From contig CAYXNX010000001.1 in assembly GCA_964467035.1 (NCBI GenBank), positions 51,373-115,372 of the forward strand: a stretch of DNA of 64,000 nt. The letters run 5' to 3'. Shown piece by piece: positions 19,810 to 28,594 of this stretch. This stretch comes from Candidatus Woesearchaeota archaeon (GTDB lineage Archaea; Nanobdellota; Nanobdellia; Pacearchaeales; GW2011-AR1). The notes beneath the pieces are model-generated. The model was not told the origin of the DNA. It ran no database searches and was given only the letters and a program-made list of their open reading frames with translations. Each line of letters opens with the position of its first letter. Position 1 is the first letter of the stretch. The position numbers and the translations under genes are program-made.

Positions 19810-19871
19810 GGGAATCGAACCCGGGACTCAACCGCGACAGGGTTGTATTATAACCACTTAACTACCAGGGC
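19800..19871 (-). tRNA. tRNA-Asp (anticodon GUC)
   Basis: hand-folded cloverleaf: acceptor GCCCUGG/UCGGGGC, D stem GUUA/UAAU, anticodon stem CAACC/GGUUG, loop CUGUCGC, T arm CCGGG-UUCGAUU-CCCGG. Confidence 0.85.
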
Positions 19872-19961
19872 AACTTAAACAATTTGGGTTTATTTGTTTT
19901 TAAATCTTACTAGTCAATATAAAAATAAAAATAAAAAGAAAAAAATTTGAAGAGAAGTTAT

Positions 19962-20213
19962 TTATTTTTCTTCGTCTTCTGAATCGTCTTCTGATTCATC
20001 TTCTGAATCGTCTTCTGATTCATCTTCCGAACTGTCGTCTTCCGAATCATCTGAATTATCATCAGAGTCATCGTCTTCTTCTGAATTTTCTGATTCGTCT
20101 TCACTTACTTCGACAGCTTCACTTTCTTCTGCTTCACTTTCTGGAGTTTCATTTAAATCTGCATTTTCAGATTCTCCAGATGTTTGTTCTTGGTTTATTT
20201 GTTCGTCTTCCAT
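19962..20213 (-). CDS. highly acidic (Asp/Glu/Ser-rich) low-complexity protein
   Basis: ORF of 83 aa, DSEDES-type repeats. Confidence 0.3.
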   Translation of the reverse strand: MEDEQINQEQTSGESENADLNETPESEAEESEAVEVSEDESENSEEDDDSDDNSDDSEDDSSEDESEDDSEDESEDDSEDEEK

Positions 20214-20291
20214 GTTTGTTAAATATTTTTTTGATTTTTAAATTTATCTTAATCCTAATGAGTGACATCATTTTAGGATTTTTGGGAAGTT

Positions 20292-20299
20292 TTAAATAT
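20292..20299 (+). promoter_or_regulatory. TATA-like box upstream of tRNA-Ile
   Basis: tttaaata about 25 nt upstream of tRNA 5' end. Confidence 0.3.
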
Positions 20300-20321
20300 T
20301 GTTTATTTTTATTTAAATCAA

Positions 20322-20443
20322 GAGCCCATAGCTCAGTCAGGTTAGAGCGCTGGTCTTATATGGCTACAATTCATTAGGATTGTTGTTCTCTAAGGATGAC
20401 CTAAGAGAGCCAGAGGTCCCCGGTTCGAATCCGGGTGGGCTCA
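20322..20443 (+). tRNA. tRNA-Ile (anticodon UAU) with 47-nt intron at canonical 37/38 position (intron 20361..20407)
   Basis: exons fold as acceptor GAGCCCA/UGGGCUC, D stem GCUC/GAGC, anticodon stem CUGGU/GCCAG, loop CUUAUAA, T arm CCCGG-UUCGAAU-CCGGG; intron ends pair with the exon anticodon-loop region. Confidence 0.7.
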
Positions 20444-20583
20444 GAATTAAGGGGAACTTCGCGAATCAAAGATTCGCGGCGTGAGGTCCCCGGTTCGAAT
20501 CCGGGTGGGCTCAGAATTAAGGGGAACTTCGCGAATCAAAGATTCGCGGCGTGAGGTCCCCGGTTCGAATCCGGGTGGGCTCA
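20414..20583 (+). repeat. 3 tandem copies (period 70 nt) of tRNA-Ile 3' portion (variable loop+T arm+acceptor 3' strand) separated by identical 40-nt hairpin spacer
   Basis: aggtccccggttcgaatccgggtgggctca x3; spacer contains cgcgaatc-aaa-gattcgcg hairpin. Confidence 0.8.
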
Positions 20584-20590
20584 GAAAAAA

Positions 20591-20983
20591 ATGATAAAAT
20601 TATTCGCAATTACTTTTTTTGGAACATTCATCGTAACTAGAATTATTACAACATTATTCCATGATTTTAATTGCACTAAACTAAAAAAAGACAAATCAAA
20701 AACACTTACAGGAATTATTAGAAAAAAATCAGGCCGAGATATTCCCCATATACATTTTGGATTTTTAATTTTAATCTTAACTTTAATTATTTATTTATTA
20801 AGCAAATTTGAAATAATTTTATTTGCTATTGGCTCAAGTCTTATATTAGATCAATTAATTCCTTGGATAAGTTTAAAATTTAATTTTATTCAAAAAATAG
20901 ACTATTTTAAAATTAAAGGAATTTTGTCCACCATAATCTTGCACATTTTATTTTTTATTTTAATTTTATATTTTTCTAAATAA
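20591..20983 (+). CDS. polytopic small membrane protein
   Basis: 130 aa, 3-4 TM. Confidence 0.4.
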   Translation: MIKLFAITFFGTFIVTRIITTLFHDFNCTKLKKDKSKTLTGIIRKKSGRDIPHIHFGFLILILTLIIYLLSKFEIILFAIGSSLILDQLIPWISLKFNFIQKIDYFKIKGILSTIILHILFFILILYFSK

Positions 20984-21023
20984 CTTTCCAAACATTTAAA
21001 TAGAATGTTTATTTTATTCTTTT

Positions 21024-21293
21024 ATGCCAAAGAAAAAGGTTGCAAAAAAGAGTGTGAAGAAAAGTTCTAATAAATCTAACAAAAAAATTGCAAGTAAAAA
21101 GACAAATAAAAAAACAGCCAAATCTTTTAATAAAAAACAGACAGATTCTCAATCAATCTTAGGAGCTTTCATAGCAACTTTTTTCAGTTTAATTGGAGCA
21201 GTAATTTCTTTATTAATCTGGCACAAAAACGAATATGTTGTTTTTTACGCTAAACAATCTTTAATTTTATTTCTCATTGCCTCATTGCATTAG
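21024..21293 (+). CDS. Lys-rich N-terminus plus TM protein; apparent frameshift, reading continues in another frame to 21397
   Basis: frame shifted by 2 nt after 21290 reads ALVLSIFSGLVLWIPIIGWGIGVVLQIFVIILWVLT*. Confidence 0.35.
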   Translation: MPKKKVAKKSVKKSSNKSNKKIASKKTNKKTAKSFNKKQTDSQSILGAFIATFFSLIGAVISLLIWHKNEYVVFYAKQSLILFLIASLH

Positions 21294-21647
21294 TTTTATC
21301 AATATTTTCCGGATTAGTATTATGGATACCAATCATTGGATGGGGAATCGGCGTAGTTTTACAAATTTTTGTAATCATCCTTTGGGTTTTAACATAGATT
21401 TATTCTTTATCTGGAGAAAAAAGAAAAATTCCTTTTATTAGAGTCTTTATGAGATAATTTTTTAAAAATATTAAAGTTAAAATAGTTGTAGGATTAATCA
21501 AAAACCTGAAAAATTTAAAAAATTCTCAAACAATTAAAACTCCCAAAATTTAAAAAGATAGTTAGATTTAAAAACTATTTTGCGATTTATTTTTTAGATG
21601 CTTTGGATAATTCCTCCAGGAATTTTCTAAAAGAAATCAAAGTCTTT

Positions 21648-21720
21648 GCCCCTGTGGTGTAGCGGTCAAGCATAGAGCCCTTTCGAGGCTCTGACCCGGG
21701 TTCGAGTCCCGGCGGGGGCA
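21648..21720 (+). tRNA. tRNA-Glu (anticodon UUC)
   Basis: acceptor GCCCCUG/CGGGGGC, anticodon stem GAGCC/GGCUC loop CUUUCGA, T arm CCGGG-UUCGAGU-CCCGG. Confidence 0.85.
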
Positions 21721-22143
21721 TTTAAAGATAAGGATTGAACAAAGTGAAATCCTTCTTTCTCCGAGAACTTCTGAGAACTCTGCTTGACAATTTCAATGAA
21801 AGGGAAGTTAAATGTTAAGAAACCATAGGGGTCATACAAGTTCGAGTCCGAGCAATTTTGCGAGTGGAGGAAAACAAGGGGTGAATCAAGGCGAGCAGGG
21901 TTGCGAGAAGGCGGGGGCATTTAAAGATAAGGATTGAACAAAGTGAAATCCTTCTTTCTCCGAGAACTTCTGAGAACTCTGCTTGACAATTTCAATGAAA
22001 GGGAAGTTAAATGTTAAGAAACCATAGGGGTCATACAAGTTCGAGTCCGAGCAATTTTGCGAGTGGAGGAAAACAAGGGGTGAATCAAGGCGAGCAGGGT
22101 TGCGAGAAGGCGGGGGCATTTAAAGATAAGGATTGAACAAAGT
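21721..22143 (+). repeat. 2.1 tandem copies of a 199-bp unit immediately after tRNA-Glu; each unit ends with the tRNA 3'-terminal 10 nt ggcgggggca
   Basis: 21721..21919 and 21920..22118 identical; third partial copy to 22143; contains degenerate T-loop-like gttcgagtcc. Confidence 0.8.
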
Positions 22144-22298
22144 CTGTGCGACCAACGGACATATGTCCCTAGGCTATACACAAAAAACACACCCAAAACT
22201 TTATAAAACAACTTCTCAATTAAATTAAGTAATAAATAGAAAAAACAGATTTTATTATTAATTTGTTAGAGAAATATTAACTATTTCTCACTAAAAAA

Positions 22299-23543
22299 AT
22301 GAACAAGTTTGAACAAATACTAGGAAGAGACAATCCTATCTTAAAATCAATAAAAGATAAGGAATTTGAAATCCCTACAGAAATACAAGAAAAAACAATT
22401 CCTCCAATTTTAGAAGGAAAAGATGTTATAGCTAGTTCTGCAACTGGTTCGGGAAAAACCTTCGCCTTTTCTGTTGGACTAATTAAAAACATTGAAAAAA
22501 ACAAAGGATTGCAAGGTATTGTCCTAACTCCTACAAGAGAATTAGCAGAACAAGTTAAAAAAGAACTATCAAACTTTTCAAAAATAAAAGAATTAAGCGT
22601 TGTAGAAATCTATGGAGGAGTTTCAATAGAACCCCAAATAAAAAGACTAAAAACAGCAGAAATAGTAATTGGAACACCTGGCAGAATTTTAGACCATTTA
22701 CAAAAAAACACACTCAATCTATCAAAAATAAATACTCTTGTTTTAGATGAAGCTGACAGGATGTTAAATATGGGTTTTATAGAAGATGTGAACAAAATCA
22801 TTTCAAAAATACCTAAACAAAAACAAACCCTTTTATTCTCTGCAACACTACCTCCCAGAATAATCAACTTATCAAAAAAATATATGAAAAACCCAATAGA
22901 ACTCTCCGCCCAAACAAATGTAGACCCAAAAAAATTAGAACAGGTTTTTTACGACATATCCCCTGACTTAAAATTCTCTCTTTTAGTCCACTTATTAAAA
23001 CAAGAAAAATCAAAACTTGTAATGATTTTCTGCAATACAAGAAACAATGTAGATTTTTTAGCAAACAATCTAAAACCCTTAGGATTTAACTCTACACCCA
23101 TTCACGGAGGATTTTCCCAAGATAAAAGAACAAAAACCCTAAACAAATTCCACTCCCAAGACACAAATATTTTAATTGCAACAGATGTAGCAGCAAGAGG
23201 ATTGGATATAAAAGAAGTAACCCACATCTACAACTATGACATACCAGCTAATGCTGAAGAATACACTCACAGAATTGGCAGAACAGCTCGTGCAGGAAAA
23301 GAAGGAAAAGTTATAAACATAGTTTCAAAACGAGACTACGACAATTTTAGAAATGTTGAGCCCTTAGAATTTGGAATTAAAGAATTAAAACCCCCTTATA
23401 TTGAAAAAGTTAGTCTAAAATGGATGCCAAAAAAAGATTTTAAAAAAGGATTTTCAAGAAGAAACAACCAAAACAATTCAAAACCCCAAAGAAATAGAAA
23501 TTCTAGAAAAAAATTCCAAAAAAATACAAGACGAAAATATTAA
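22299..23543 (+). CDS. DEAD-box ATP-dependent RNA helicase
   Basis: motifs ASSATGSGKTFAF, PTRELA, DEAD, SAT, HRIGRTARAG; basic C-tail. Confidence 0.9.
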   Translation: MNKFEQILGRDNPILKSIKDKEFEIPTEIQEKTIPPILEGKDVIASSATGSGKTFAFSVGLIKNIEKNKGLQGIVLTPTRELAEQVKKELSNFSKIKELSVVEIYGGVSIEPQIKRLKTAEIVIGTPGRILDHLQKNTLNLSKINTLVLDEADRMLNMGFIEDVNKIISKIPKQKQTLLFSATLPPRIINLSKKYMKNPIELSAQTNVDPKKLEQVFYDISPDLKFSLLVHLLKQEKSKLVMIFCNTRNNVDFLANNLKPLGFNSTPIHGGFSQDKRTKTLNKFHSQDTNILIATDVAARGLDIKEVTHIYNYDIPANAEEYTHRIGRTARAGKEGKVINIVSKRDYDNFRNVEPLEFGIKELKPPYIEKVSLKWMPKKDFKKGFSRRNNQNNSKPQRNRNSRKKFQKNTRRKY

Positions 23544-23567
23544 AAATATCAGATTCTCTAATTAAAT

Positions 23568-24749
23568 ATGAATACAATAAAAAGAGCTGGTTTATCAACA
23601 ATCCTTGCTTTGTCTTCTACATTTTTTCCAGGTTGCCCTCCTTACAGTCCATCCCCTTCACCAACCCCCTCACCAACACCCACCCCAACACCCACAACAG
23701 AAGTTGAAGGGAGAATTGATAATAATAACGAACACCATCCTGCAAATTTTGAAATAGACAACACAGAATATGACTTTTATTTCAATAACCAAGGAAGTTC
23801 AGGAGTTGTAATTAATGACAAAGATAACTGGGACTATTACTTGGGACTTTTCCAAGACCCTTTAGGAAACCCTTCCTATGTCCAACATCCAGAAGGATCA
23901 GCTGTAAAAGTTGAATACTTTGATGAAGACAAAGCAGGAATTTCAATTTATCATTCAAAAATTGATTACTCCAAAGATTTAGAAATCCCAAAACACTATA
24001 TCACAAACCCCAAAAAAAATCTTGAAAAAACAACATCTGAAGACATTTGCGATTCAATCCACGACATAACTAAAAATAAAAAATTATTGAGCAATTTTGC
24101 AGGACTAATTAGTTTATCCGGATGTGTTGCAAGCATTGTCGGAGATACAGCAACATTCCCTTCAGGAGAAGCTCTTTTAGGATGTGCAGCAAGCTATACC
24201 CATAGCAGAGATTTAACAGAAAAACTAGTAGATGGTGCAGAGAAAATAAGCGAAGCTACTTTGGGTTGTGATTTCAGTATTTCATCTCTAAATGATACAT
24301 CTCCTTCTGAAATGCCTCAAGAACCAATCTCTGGAACAGGTTTACCAACAATCAATTGGATTTATAATCCAGACAATAACCACCAATACACAATAGGCTC
24401 TCCAGGAAATTGGCAACAAGCACAAAGAGAAGCAAAAAATTTAGGAGGATACCTAGCAGTAATAAACAATTCTGAAGAAAATCAATGGCTGTTAAATACT
24501 TTTGCAGACACAGATAATGGCTACCCTTCCTTTTGGATAGGATACTCTGATTTGGGCACAGGAGGAATTTGGGAATGGGTAAACAATTCTTCATCAGGTT
24601 ACCAAAACTGGGAATTTGGAGAACCCTCAAACAATTCTCAAGAAAACTGCGCAGTTTGGCAAAATCTATACTCTTACTCAGAAGGAAAATGGAAATCTGT
24701 TGATTGCGATATAGAAAGACCAGGACTTATAGAAAGAGATACAATATAA
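23568..24749 (+). CDS. secreted/lipoprotein-like protein with PT-rich linker and C-terminal C-type lectin-like domain
   Basis: signal and Cys, SPSPSPTPSPTPTPTPT linker; C-terminal WQQAQREAKNLGGYLAVINNSEENQWL..FWIGYSD..ENCAVW..GKWKSVDCD. Confidence 0.5.
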   Translation: MNTIKRAGLSTILALSSTFFPGCPPYSPSPSPTPSPTPTPTPTTEVEGRIDNNNEHHPANFEIDNTEYDFYFNNQGSSGVVINDKDNWDYYLGLFQDPLGNPSYVQHPEGSAVKVEYFDEDKAGISIYHSKIDYSKDLEIPKHYITNPKKNLEKTTSEDICDSIHDITKNKKLLSNFAGLISLSGCVASIVGDTATFPSGEALLGCAASYTHSRDLTEKLVDGAEKISEATLGCDFSISSLNDTSPSEMPQEPISGTGLPTINWIYNPDNNHQYTIGSPGNWQQAQREAKNLGGYLAVINNSEENQWLLNTFADTDNGYPSFWIGYSDLGTGGIWEWVNNSSSGYQNWEFGEPSNNSQENCAVWQNLYSYSEGKWKSVDCDIERPGLIERDTI

Positions 24750-24783
24750 TCAATCTTAAAAACCCTTAAAATATACTAATTTA

Positions 24784-25131
24784 ATGATAGATTTCGCCTG
24801 CAAAACTTTTAACATAGAAGATGTAATAAAATGTGAACTAAACTTAACAAAAGCAGATTTCAAAATTTTTCTCCATTTTGTTAAAAATAACGAAAAAGAA
24901 TTTGATTCCCAGACACTTGCAAGACAAACAAACTTACAAACAACAACAGCTCAAAAAGCTGTAAAAAAATTACATGAAAAAAATATTATAACTCGTTATC
25001 AAAAAAATTTGCCAAAAGGAGGATATAACTTCACCTATAAATCCCAACAAAAATACAAAATAAGAAAAATTCTTAAACAAATAATTAATGAGTGGACAGA
25101 AAGAGTTTACCAAGAAATCGAAAAATGGTAA
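24784..25131 (+). CDS. winged-helix DNA-binding transcription regulator
   Basis: 115 aa, HTH-like central segment. Confidence 0.35.
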   Translation: MIDFACKTFNIEDVIKCELNLTKADFKIFLHFVKNNEKEFDSQTLARQTNLQTTTAQKAVKKLHEKNIITRYQKNLPKGGYNFTYKSQQKYKIRKILKQIINEWTERVYQEIEKW

Positions 25132-25682
25132 GAACAATTTACGCAGGAATTGATGAATCAAATCACGGAAAATTCCCAGAAGTTTATGCGATAGCTTTTT
25201 CAAATATACCCTCAGATACTTTAGAAGCTTTAACAGATATTCCAAAATTAAGGAAAAAACAAAAAAGAACATCAGTTTTTGCAAAATTTAACTCTTCAAG
25301 AGATTATTCATTTCTTTTATTAGACAATTTTTATTACAAACAAATAAAAAAACAATTCCACCCCGGTTTAATCACAGCAAGCTTAATGGGAGAAAATTTT
25401 GCAAAAAATTTAGATGCAGAATTAAGACTTTTCATTGACGGAGAAACTTCAAGAACCCAAATAACAAATACAAAATCAATTCTTGAAGAAATTTGCGGTT
25501 TTGACAAAAGACAAATCCATATAAAAGCAGGTCCAAACTTTGATAAAATCTATCCTATTGTAAATTTAGCAGACCAAGTCGCATACCAACTTTACAAAAC
25601 ACCTTTAGAAAACCTGTCCCAAAATTCAAAAAGAAAAGAAATCCTCTACAAATATTTTCCTTTCTATACTAAAACTTTTTAA
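25125..25682 (+). CDS. DUF3800-like protein
   Basis: N-terminal IYAGIDESNHG and C-terminal IVNLADQVAYQLY. Confidence 0.35.
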   Translation: MVRTIYAGIDESNHGKFPEVYAIAFSNIPSDTLEALTDIPKLRKKQKRTSVFAKFNSSRDYSFLLLDNFYYKQIKKQFHPGLITASLMGENFAKNLDAELRLFIDGETSRTQITNTKSILEEICGFDKRQIHIKAGPNFDKIYPIVNLADQVAYQLYKTPLENLSQNSKRKEILYKYFPFYTKTF

Positions 25683-25704
25683 ATCAAAAAAGATTAATTA
25701 AATT

Positions 25705-26547
25705 ATGAAAAAAGAGTTTATAATTTTATTTCTAACAATACTCACAGTAAGTTTTACTAGTGCAATATGTTCTTTAGATGCTACTTTGGTTAATCAAGAC
25801 CCTTACCCTGCAATCCCTGGAGAATATGTAGATGTTGTTTTCCAATTAACAGGTTTAGAAAACCCCGAATGCGGTGAAGTAAGTTTTAGGGTAGTTGAAA
25901 ATTTTCCTTTTTCACTTGACGAGGGAACTCAAAATAAAATCACTGTTGAAAGTAGCACCCATACACAAGAATTTAAGCCATTTCTTTTAGCCCCTTACAA
26001 ATTAAAAGTTGATAAAAATTCCTTAGATGGAAAAAACCCAATAAAAGTAAAATATGCAAAAAATGGATTAGATGAAAAGTCCAATTTTCAAGAAAAATTT
26101 AACATAACTATTGAAGATGCAAGAGTTGATTTTGAAATACACATAGAAGACTATTCCCAACAAACAAAAGAACTAACTTTAGAAATATTAAACACAGGAA
26201 AATACGATGTTGAAGCAGTAACTTTAGAAATACCTGAACAAGAAAATATCAAAATAATTGGAAGCAACAGGCAAATAATTGGAGACATATATTCAAATGA
26301 AGATGATAGAGCAATAATAAAAGCAATTACTAAAGAAGGAAAAATAAAATTAGATATTCTTTACATAGATAAAATTGGAGAAAGAAGGAAAGTTCAAAAA
26401 GAAGTTTATTTTAACCCAAAAAATTTTGAACCAATAGAAGAAGAATCAAAACTTAGCCCAACACTTGCTTTAATAATAGGAATCCTAATTCCAATAATCA
26501 TTTACTTTGTCTATAACTGGAACAAAAAAAGAAAAAACAAAAGATAA
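25705..26547 (+). CDS. cell-surface protein, signal peptide plus C-terminal TM anchor and basic tail
   Basis: hydrophobic N-term, C-terminal TM followed by KKRKNKR. Confidence 0.4.
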   Translation: MKKEFIILFLTILTVSFTSAICSLDATLVNQDPYPAIPGEYVDVVFQLTGLENPECGEVSFRVVENFPFSLDEGTQNKITVESSTHTQEFKPFLLAPYKLKVDKNSLDGKNPIKVKYAKNGLDEKSNFQEKFNITIEDARVDFEIHIEDYSQQTKELTLEILNTGKYDVEAVTLEIPEQENIKIIGSNRQIIGDIYSNEDDRAIIKAITKEGKIKLDILYIDKIGERRKVQKEVYFNPKNFEPIEEESKLSPTLALIIGILIPIIIYFVYNWNKKRKNKR

Positions 26548-26577
26548 ACTTAAAAACTATATTTCCAATAATATATA

Positions 26578-27150
26578 ATGGAAAACAACCCAAAAATTCC
26601 TGAAAAAAAGAGCGTTATACTTCTTATTTTCTTATCAGTAATAACTATGGGGATTTATCCTTATATCTGGTATCTAAAAAGAGTTAAAGAATTTAATAAT
26701 TTAGAAACACCAACAAAAGCAAAAAAAGGCATTGCAATATTTGCATTGGCTTTAATAATTTTATTATTATTGTCTGGAATTATAATGAATATTTACATAA
26801 CAATCTCCTCTCAAAAAACAGCTTCAAGTTTCTCTGAAATTCCTGCAACATTTTTAATTTTTTTTGGAACTAATTTCCTATTGTCTATTTTATTAGCAGT
26901 TACAACCTTACTAATGGCGTTTAGATATAAAAAAATCTTAAATGAAGCTTTAGAAAATAAAGAAACTTTTGTAAAAATCTCTTCATTATTCACATTTTTC
27001 TTCCAATTTTTATATCTTCAATATGAAATAAACAGAATCATTGAAGATAAAGAAGAAGATTCTCGTATAGCTCCTTGGGTTTGTTTCGGAATCTTCATAG
27101 GTCTACCAATATTGTTTTCAATAATTGGAGCAATAATCTCTTTAATTTAA
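26578..27150 (+). CDS. polytopic membrane protein
   Basis: 190 aa, 4 TM. Confidence 0.4.
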   Translation: MENNPKIPEKKSVILLIFLSVITMGIYPYIWYLKRVKEFNNLETPTKAKKGIAIFALALIILLLLSGIIMNIYITISSQKTASSFSEIPATFLIFFGTNFLLSILLAVTTLLMAFRYKKILNEALENKETFVKISSLFTFFFQFLYLQYEINRIIEDKEEDSRIAPWVCFGIFIGLPILFSIIGAIISLI

Positions 27151-28460
27151 AATGTTTCTTTTTCAGCTTTAACAGAAGTAGGTGCTTCTCCCCCATGCCA
27201 GGTAAATCTTGGCCTAACCCTCATAGGATATAACCTTTCAGAATTATCATCCAAAATCACAGCACTACCTTTTAAATTTGGCAAATCACCAATACTTTTC
27301 TTAATACCTGTCAATAAATAAGACTGCATAATTGAATTCAAGGCTTCCAAATCTGGTTTAGCTGTCAATCTATGAGAAATAATAATATCACTCTGAGTCA
27401 TAACATCTTTATGAATCTCTCCAGGTTGCTGTGTCGCTAAAACCAAAGACAATCCTGGCTGTCTACCTTCTCTTAAAACCTGAACCAAAGAATCAGTTGC
27501 CAAGGTCTTCCCTTGTTTAGGTAAAAACTCATGTGCTTCATCAATAAAAATCCAAACCAAAGGAGTTTCTTTTAAAGATTGAAAAGACAAATAATTAGCT
27601 CCATGCCTAACTGCCTCAACCTCTTCCATTTTCCTTGCCAACATTCTTTTATTAAACAACTTTCTCGACAACAAACCAATAACCATAGCCCGAACATTAA
27701 AAGCCCCAACACTTGAATAAACAGACAAATCAATTACAGAAGTTTCTCCAGGATTAAGTAAATCATCAATATCAGTTCCTTTATCTTCTTTAGACGCAAA
27801 CACTCCCCAAGTTTTAGCAGCTTCAAACAATCCAATCACAGAATTCCTTTCACTTCCCGCTGTCTTCGAATTTTTAACATTTTCAATAATATCATCAATA
27901 TCATACTCCTTCTCCAAAGAATCAAGGTGATATAAAGTTCTCTCAATTAAAGCAGAAGCAGGGTCAACAATACTCATCCCAAACATCAAAATCCAATCTT
28001 GAGCTTTCATATCTCTAACTTTAATAGAAAAGGAAGAATCAACAGGAATACCTTTTTCTTTATAAACTTGAGATTTCCCTATTGGAACAAAAACCTTAAC
28101 AGGTAATTTTTTTGGGCTAAGCTTCCACTCTCCCAACAATAACATATCTTTTTCATTTGCATATTTCATAGTCCAAAAAATCCCCATAGTATCAAAAATC
28201 AGTGGAGCAATATTACTTCTAACATCTACAGGAAGATTTGAAATTTCCTCAGCAACAACTCCTAAAGTATAAGATTTTCCTGAACCTCTTTTTCCAGCAA
28301 TCAGCATTACATGACTCCTCGCTACATCTAAATAAATAGGATTTGACAAACTTGTATAACGCCCCATATGAACATACCCTCTACCAAGATTTATCAACCC
28401 TTTTTTCCCAAAAACTTTTTTGTCTTCATCATCTCTTCCTACAATAATATCATAAGGCAT
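27147..28460 (-). CDS. P-loop ATPase of HerA/FtsK (DUF87) superfamily
   Basis: Walker A AGKRGSGKSYTLG, Walker B WIFIDEAHEF. Confidence 0.6.
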   Translation of the reverse strand: MPYDIIVGRDDEDKKVFGKKGLINLGRGYVHMGRYTSLSNPIYLDVARSHVMLIAGKRGSGKSYTLGVVAEEISNLPVDVRSNIAPLIFDTMGIFWTMKYANEKDMLLLGEWKLSPKKLPVKVFVPIGKSQVYKEKGIPVDSSFSIKVRDMKAQDWILMFGMSIVDPASALIERTLYHLDSLEKEYDIDDIIENVKNSKTAGSERNSVIGLFEAAKTWGVFASKEDKGTDIDDLLNPGETSVIDLSVYSSVGAFNVRAMVIGLLSRKLFNKRMLARKMEEVEAVRHGANYLSFQSLKETPLVWIFIDEAHEFLPKQGKTLATDSLVQVLREGRQPGLSLVLATQQPGEIHKDVMTQSDIIISHRLTAKPDLEALNSIMQSYLLTGIKKSIGDLPNLKGSAVILDDNSERLYPMRVRPRFTWHGGEAPTSVKAEKETF

Positions 28461-28594
28461 ATAATAACATAAAAAACCAAATATTTAAAATGATTGTTAT
28501 AACCCCAACAAAATCCACAACCCAAAATAAACAAAGATTCATTAAACAATAATAGCACCAAAATATTTTTAAATGGAAATTTATTAAACCATCT

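Noticed and set aside
20180-20377. ORF 20180..20377 (+)
   Set aside because: Spans the tRNA-Ile promoter and 5' exon; spurious
20414-20583. Possible CRISPR array (regular 30-nt repeats with 40-nt spacers)
   Set aside because: Only three repeats; the spacers are identical to each other and the repeat is the 3' part of the adjacent tRNA; no cas genes
21666-22211. Track ORFs 21666..21920, 21886..22119, 22014..22211 (minus strand)
   Set aside because: They lie antisense across tRNA-Glu and its 199-bp tandem repeats; the near-identical proteins (MPPPSRNPARLDSPL...) are artefacts of the repeat
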